This document shows, piece by piece, positions 59,157-64,000 of a stretch of 64,000 nt of DNA; positions within the stretch are counted from its first letter, which is position 1, and every line of letters starts with the position of its first letter. Under the pieces are notes generated by a model, which did not search any database, was not told the origin of the DNA, and saw nothing but the letters and a program-made list of their open reading frames with translations. The DNA is taken from assembly GCA_964423505.1 (NCBI GenBank), contig CAYREX010000003.1:76817-140816 (forward strand), given 5' to 3'. The translations under genes were made by a program, and so were the position numbers. Source of the stretch: an uncultured bacterium. Lineage in GTDB: Bacteria; Fermentibacterota; Fermentibacteria; Fermentibacterales; JCC-6.

Positions 59157-60476
59157 GTGAGACCCTCCTGCTACGTGGGCGTCTACGGATGCCAGATGAA
59201 CGTGCGCGACTCCGAGACCATCCGGGGGCTCATGGAGTCGGCAGGCTACCGGCTGGTCGAGGAGCCGGCCGGGGCGGAGGTTGTCATCCTGGTCTCCTGC
59301 GCGGTCAGGGAGCATGCCGAGACCCGGGTGCTGGGCCGGCTGTCGCAGCTGGCCGGCGGACGCGGGGGCGGTGGCCCCCTGACCGTGCTCTGCGGCTGCG
59401 TGGCCGAGGAGCACGGCGAGGAGCTCCTGGAGAGGTATCCGGCGCTGGACCTGGTGGTGGGCCCGGACAGGTACCTGGACCTCCCGGCCCTGCTGGCGGC
59501 GGGGGAGAGGGGGGCATCGGTGGGCTTCCTGCCCGGCGCCGACCATTACGACCGCGTATCCCCGGGCAGGACCTGCTTCCCCCGGTCCTTCGTCACCGTG
59601 ATGCGCGGCTGCGACAACTACTGCACCTACTGCATCGTCCCGTACGTCAGGGGCGGTGAGAGGAGCAGGGCCCCCCGGGAGGTCCTGGGGGAGGTCGACC
59701 GCCTGGTGGCCGGCGGCTACACCGAGGTGACCCTGCTCGGCCAGAACGTCACGTCCTACTCCGGTGGCGGCCGCGACTTCGCATGGCTCCTCTCGGAGGT
59801 GGCCCGGAGGGCTCGTCAGGCGTGGGTGAGGTTCGTCACGGGTCATCCCAGGGACCTGACGCGGGACGTCCTCTCCGTGATGGCGTCGGAGCCCAACGTC
59901 TGCCCCCAGCTGCACCTGCCGCTGCAGGCGGGCAGCGCGCGGGTCCTCGCGCTCATGAACCGGGGCTACACGCCGGATGTCTACATCGATAAGGTGGCCC
60001 TCGCTCGGGAGCTCGTGCCGGGCGTGGTCCTCTCCACGGACGTGATAGCAGGCTTCCCCGGGGAGACCCGGGAGGACTTCGAGGAGACGATGGCGCTCAT
60101 GCGCGAGGTGCGGTTCGACCACGCCTTCATGTTCCGCTACAGCGAGAGGGAGGGGACCGCCGCCTGCGGTCTCCCCGGCAGCGTTCCGGTCCCGGAGAGG
60201 CTGGGCAGGCTTCGGGAGCTGCAGGAGCTGCAGAGGTCAGTGACCGTGGAGAGATCGCGGGCCCTCATCGGGGAGGTGAGGGAGGTCATGGTGACCGGCC
60301 CCGCCGCCAGGGAGGGGCAGCAGGCCGGCCGGACTCCCGGGGGCAGGCTCGTGGTGATGGAGGGGACCGGCTTCCAGCCGGGGGAGGTGGTCGACGTTCG
60401 CATCGAGCGGGCTGACGGTTGGACCCACCACGGGATCCCGCTCCGCCGGGGAGACGGTCGGGGAGAAGGCGTCTAG
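59157..60476 (+). CDS. Radical-SAM methylthiotransferase (MiaB/RimO family) with TRAM domain
   Basis: MTTase N-domain (VGVYGCQMNVRDSE), radical-SAM CxxxCxxC (GCDNYCTYC) and a C-terminal TRAM-like region. Confidence 0.8.
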   Translation: MRPSCYVGVYGCQMNVRDSETIRGLMESAGYRLVEEPAGAEVVILVSCAVREHAETRVLGRLSQLAGGRGGGGPLTVLCGCVAEEHGEELLERYPALDLVVGPDRYLDLPALLAAGERGASVGFLPGADHYDRVSPGRTCFPRSFVTVMRGCDNYCTYCIVPYVRGGERSRAPREVLGEVDRLVAGGYTEVTLLGQNVTSYSGGGRDFAWLLSEVARRARQAWVRFVTGHPRDLTRDVLSVMASEPNVCPQLHLPLQAGSARVLALMNRGYTPDVYIDKVALARELVPGVVLSTDVIAGFPGETREDFEETMALMREVRFDHAFMFRYSEREGTAACGLPGSVPVPERLGRLRELQELQRSVTVERSRALIGEVREVMVTGPAAREGQQAGRTPGGRLVVMEGTGFQPGEVVDVRIERADGWTHHGIPLRRGDGRGEGV

Positions 60477-60724
60477 CCCTCGCCGCCGCCGCTCTCCAGG
60501 TCCGCCAGCACGTCCCGGACCGTGGCCTCCGTGGCGTCCAGCCTGGCCCTCAGCGACCGGATGAGCGTCGCCGCCCTCCTCACCCTGGTCTCGAGCAGGT
60601 CGACCGGCGTATCCTCCCGGCCTATCTCGTCGACTATCCTGGTCAGCTCCTCCAGGTCCTCCTCGTAGGAGCCGCCCTTCCCGGCGAGCTCCTCGGGGGC
60701 GTCGGCGCCTATCTCATCGGTCAT
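60473..60724 (-). CDS. xseB: Exodeoxyribonuclease VII small subunit
   Basis: SYEEDLEELTRIVDEIGREDTPVDLLETRVRRAATLIRSLRARLDATEATV fits XseB. Start moved to the internal ATG. Confidence 0.65.
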   Translation of the reverse strand: MTDEIGADAPEELAGKGGSYEEDLEELTRIVDEIGREDTPVDLLETRVRRAATLIRSLRARLDATEATVRDVLADLESGGGEG

Positions 60725-62138
60725 CGGCATCATCCTCCGTATCAAGGATCGAATCTTCCCCGCCGGAGCGGGGACGGACCTCAAGGACCTCCGTCTCGGC
60801 CTCTCCGTCGCTCAGCTCAGCCACCAGGCGGTCTCCTGGCGAGACCTCCCGGCAGCTCCCGACGAGGCCGCCGTCCTGCTTCCTCAGCGTCGCCCAGCCC
60901 CTGGCCCTGAGCCTTGCCGGGTCTCCGGCCGCCAGGACGGCACCGGCGCTGTCCAGCCTCCTGCGCGCGGAGCCTATCCTGTCGGTGCAGCATCGGACAA
61001 GCCTCTCTGTCAGCTCGTCGAGCCTCGCCCGTCCTCCCGACGCCCTCACGCCGGTCTCCAGTGCTCTCAGCAGACCCGCTTCAGCGGTCTGCAGCCGCCC
61101 GTCGGCAGCCCTCAGGCGACTGCCGGCGGAGGCGCTGATCCACCTGGCGAGGGTGTCCAGGTGCCCGGCGCTCCCCCGGCATCGCATTGACGCGGATCTC
61201 TGGAGGTCCGCCGCCATGGAGGAGAGGAGGGAGGAGGCCTCCGCGACCCTCCTGCCCACGATCACCTGCAGAGCCGAGGAGAGGGAGCGAAGGTCCTCCT
61301 CCGCGGAGGCTGCACGGTCCACCAGTATGTCCGCTGCATGGGTGGGGGTCTTCGCCCTGGTGTGGGCCGCGAAGTCCGGCAGGGTGGTGTCGGTCTCGTG
61401 GCCAATACCGGATATCACCGGCCAGGGAAGCTGGGCTATGGTCCTCGCTATGTGCTCGTCGTCGAACCACCCGAGGTCGGTTGCGGAGCCGCCGCCCCTC
61501 GTGAGCACTGCCACGTCGAGGTCGGGCACGGAGAGGAGACCGTTCAGGGCGCTTATCACGCTGGCCCTGGTGCCGCTGCCCTGCATCAGCGCCCAGGCGG
61601 TCCATACCTGGAAAGGGTACCCGCTCTCTCTCAGGCCGTGCAGGAAGTCGCTGCAGGCCGCCGAGTCCCTCGCGGTCACCAGGCCGACCCTGAGCGGCAG
61701 CCGCGGCATCGGCAGCTCTCCGTTCGCGTCCAGCACGCCCTCCGGCCGAAGGCGGTCCACTAGCTCCCGCAGCCTGACCCTGCCCTCTCCGTCCGAGAAG
61801 GTCGGGTCGATATCGACGACCTTGAGCTGGAACCTGCCGGTCCTGTCCCAGAGGGAGACCCTGGCGAGAACGCGAAGCGACATGCCCTGGCGCAGCTCGA
61901 AGAGACGGCCGTGCCTGGCGAAGCTCCTGACAACCGCGTTCCTGGAGCCCGCGAAGAGGGCGCAGTCGACCGAGGCCGACGGCTGGCCGCCGCTCCCGCC
62001 ATCCGGCGGCTGCACGAGCTGGAAGTATGTATGGCCCCTGGGGTTGGTTCTCGGCGTCCTGCTCAGCTCTCCCCTGACCCATACCGGGTAGGGGAACGAG
62101 AGCTCCAGGAGCTCCGCTACCCGCCTGTTCAGCTCCAG
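60714..62138 (-). CDS. xseA: Exodeoxyribonuclease VII large subunit; start codon unresolved
   Basis: XseA catalytic core plus N-terminal OB-fold, whose conserved start (LGVLELNRRVAELLE...) lies upstream of the annotated GTG 62015 in the same open frame. There is no canonical start between 62015 and the in-frame stop at 62229. Confidence 0.75.
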   Translation of the reverse strand: MELNRRVAELLELSFPYPVWVRGELSRTPRTNPRGHTYFQLVQPPDGGSGGQPSASVDCALFAGSRNAVVRSFARHGRLFELRQGMSLRVLARVSLWDRTGRFQLKVVDIDPTFSDGEGRVRLRELVDRLRPEGVLDANGELPMPRLPLRVGLVTARDSAACSDFLHGLRESGYPFQVWTAWALMQGSGTRASVISALNGLLSVPDLDVAVLTRGGGSATDLGWFDDEHIARTIAQLPWPVISGIGHETDTTLPDFAAHTRAKTPTHAADILVDRAASAEEDLRSLSSALQVIVGRRVAEASSLLSSMAADLQRSASMRCRGSAGHLDTLARWISASAGSRLRAADGRLQTAEAGLLRALETGVRASGGRARLDELTERLVRCCTDRIGSARRRLDSAGAVLAAGDPARLRARGWATLRKQDGGLVGSCREVSPGDRLVAELSDGEAETEVLEVRPRSGGEDSILDTEDDADDR

Positions 62139-62175
62139 GACGCCGAGGTCGCCGTCGCCGTGCGGCCCGGTCCGG

Positions 62176-62565
62176 TCAGAAGACCCTGAGATCGTACTCC
62201 CCGCCGGTCTCTCCCATGTCGTGGACCACTATGTACGCCGTCCCGGAGTATGGCGCGGTGAGGACCAGGTCCTCCGCACCCTCCGTGGCTCCCTCCGCGA
62301 GGGCGAACTCCCTGGCATAAACGTAGTCCTCGTAGTACGGCGTCATTATGAACTCGTCGTAGTCCATCTCCGAGGACGCCACCAGCAGGTCGAGGTCACG
62401 CCCCCCGGTCTCGTCGAAGCTCAGCAGTATCCAGTACTGCGTCCCCTCCTCCATCGATATGGTGTACATCGAGGTCGCGCCGCGCTCCAGCACGTCCGAC
62501 GCCTCGAGCAGGGGGGGCGCCGTGGTCGCGTGGAGGGCTGTCAGTATCAGGGCTGCCGTCATCAT
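62176..62565 (-). CDS. Hypothetical secreted acidic protein
   Basis: Start moved to MMTAALILTALHATTA (signal peptide). Upstream codons are Pro/Gly/Arg-rich. Confidence 0.5.
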   Translation of the reverse strand: MMTAALILTALHATTAPPLLEASDVLERGATSMYTISMEEGTQYWILLSFDETGGRDLDLLVASSEMDYDEFIMTPYYEDYVYAREFALAEGATEGAEDLVLTAPYSGTAYIVVHDMGETGGEYDLRVF

Positions 62566-63258
62566 GTTCCGTCTCCTTCGTTTCTCCGGCAACCGGAAGA
62601 TTCCGCCGGCCGGCCCTCCGGTCAAGCTCTCTCTACCTCGCTTCGGGCTCTCCGTTCCCTCCAACTCACTCCCCGGGCTTCTCCCGCCGGGGCCTTCTCC
62701 GCGGCAGGGGGGAGGGGGCCTTGCTACAGGGATGCGACTCAACCGGCCGTACAGGGGCAGGCACGATGCTGGCCCCGGATACCCCGGAGTGGCATGGGCT
62801 ATAACTCACCATAAGATGATGTGATGAAGGTTTGTCAGGCCCGCCGGTGGGGCGGAGGGGGCGGTAGGGAGGGGGTACCACCCCACCCCATGCCAATGCT
62901 GTTTACTATTACAATAAACAAGAATTATAGATATGGGAGCGTTCCTCGGTCTGGCGCAGTGCCCCCGCATCCGGGAGAAAACGCCCCGGGTGTACAGATC
63001 AGCGGATAAACAGGCATATTGCCTGCGCGCCCGGTACCTTCACTGCGTGCGGCGGGCCTCGGTGGGTCGGCAGTGCAGATACTGTATACCTTCATGGTAT
63101 GGAGGGTTATCCTCCTGTCCCCGGCGCTCGTCAGCCGGTCGTCTCGCCTTCTGGAAGGGAGTCCCCAGGGGGCGGATTTGAGCGACAGGTCCGCCGCCTT
63201 ATCTTACTCCCTGCGATTCGTCCGTCCCGAACCCCGAGAGGAGATCAGTATTGAAGCC

Positions 63259-64000
63259 GGAGGATCTGGAAGGCCGTGAGGTAATTGCCGCGGTGCTGCC
63301 CGGAGGGGAGATAGTCTCTCTCAGGGCGCTCGACGGGGAGAGCATCGGCGAGGCCTCCGCGGTGCCGGCCGGTACAGGAGAGGGCAGGGAGGTATACAGG
63401 AGGGGCCTGGTGCTCGCCCTGGACCTCGCGGTTCGCCGGGTCTACCCGGAGTCGAGGCTCTGGGTGGAGCACTCCATATCCCTCGGCTACAGGTGCAGGC
63501 TGGAGAACCCTCCTGCCGACCCGCCGGACGTGGTGGTGGAGCGCCTGGACAGGGAGCTCGCCAGGATATCATCGGAAGCGCTCCCCGTGGAGCCGGTCAG
63601 CTGGCCCAGGGACAGGGAGGCGGTGGAGTCGGAGTCCTTCTCCAGGCTGGCCCAGTGGGCCGGACCGGACGACGAGGTCATGGGCAACATGCTGTCCGGC
63701 GGCTGCGCCTATGCCCTGGGTCCGGCCTTCCCGGATACATCGTGGCTGGACAGGTGGGAGCTGAGGCCCCAGGGGAGGGACTTCGTCCTCAGGTTCCCCG
63801 GGTCCGCCTGCTGGCCGAGGATAAGCGACTGGAGACCCAGGCCCAAGCTGGCCAGGGAGTTCGACCTCGAGGAGCAGCACTGCGCCAGGATAGGCGTGCG
63901 CGACCTCGACCAGCTGAACTCCAGCATAGAGCGGGACGGCGGCTGGCAGGTGGTGCTGATGAGCCACTTCTACCAGACCTACCGTATGGTGGAGATAGTG
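63259..64000 (+). CDS. Hypothetical protein, 3'-truncated at window edge (TTG start)
   Basis: Frame 1 is open from 63259 to the window end with balanced composition. All overlapping minus-strand ORFs are Arg/Pro-rich. Confidence 0.4.

Overview
A 64-kb, very GC-rich (about 65-70% GC) chromosomal fragment from a bacterium I cannot place taxonomically. Several exported proteins end in T9SS-type C-terminal sorting domains, and lamin-tail-domain (LTD) repeats are common.

The flanking regions are ordinary chromosome. The left flank has a partial hypE (hydrogenase maturation), a sensor histidine kinase and an HD-GYP/TPR protein. It also has an acpS / AMP-ligase / ACP / Kbl-like aminotransferase cluster, an M28 peptidase, a GGDEF-STAND-TPR signalling protein, kbl, thiC, a sulfatase, a Wza-like exporter, a HEAT-cyclophilin fusion and tdh. 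The right flank has a giant LTD-repeat protein, SIMPL, yjbQ, DUF503, glgB, mgtE, Yip1, PilZ, a PorV-like outer-membrane protein, a MiaB-like radical-SAM enzyme and xseAB.

The centre, about 30.3-46.3 kb, is a chromosomal integron that I could not match to any described one. It has an intI-type tyrosine recombinase on the minus strand. IntI1 is quoted from memory, and matches include the IntI-specific ALERKYP..G..W.W patch. Upstream of intI is an attI/Pc region. An array of about 16 plus-strand cassettes follows, each bounded by imperfect-palindromic attC sites of two or three sequence families, with GTTRRRY-like 3' boxes.

The cassettes nearest attI are conspicuously AT-rich (roughly 40-45% GC) against the GC-rich host. 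They carry a set of compact candidate phage-defence or stress genes. These are a standalone SIR2_2-like protein, a wHTH fused to a nucleoside-2-deoxyribosyltransferase-like domain, an HNH endonuclease with an unknown N-terminal domain, a DUF2188 + HAD hydrolase pair, XRE-DUF3024, small membrane proteins, and three toxin-antitoxin cassettes: mazEF, brnTA and a decayed higBA-like pair. The distal cassettes carry SEC-C, GNAT and DUF1835 proteins.

Many long ORFs in the six-frame track are Arg/Pro/Gly-rich antisense or off-frame artefacts typical of high-GC DNA and were not called.
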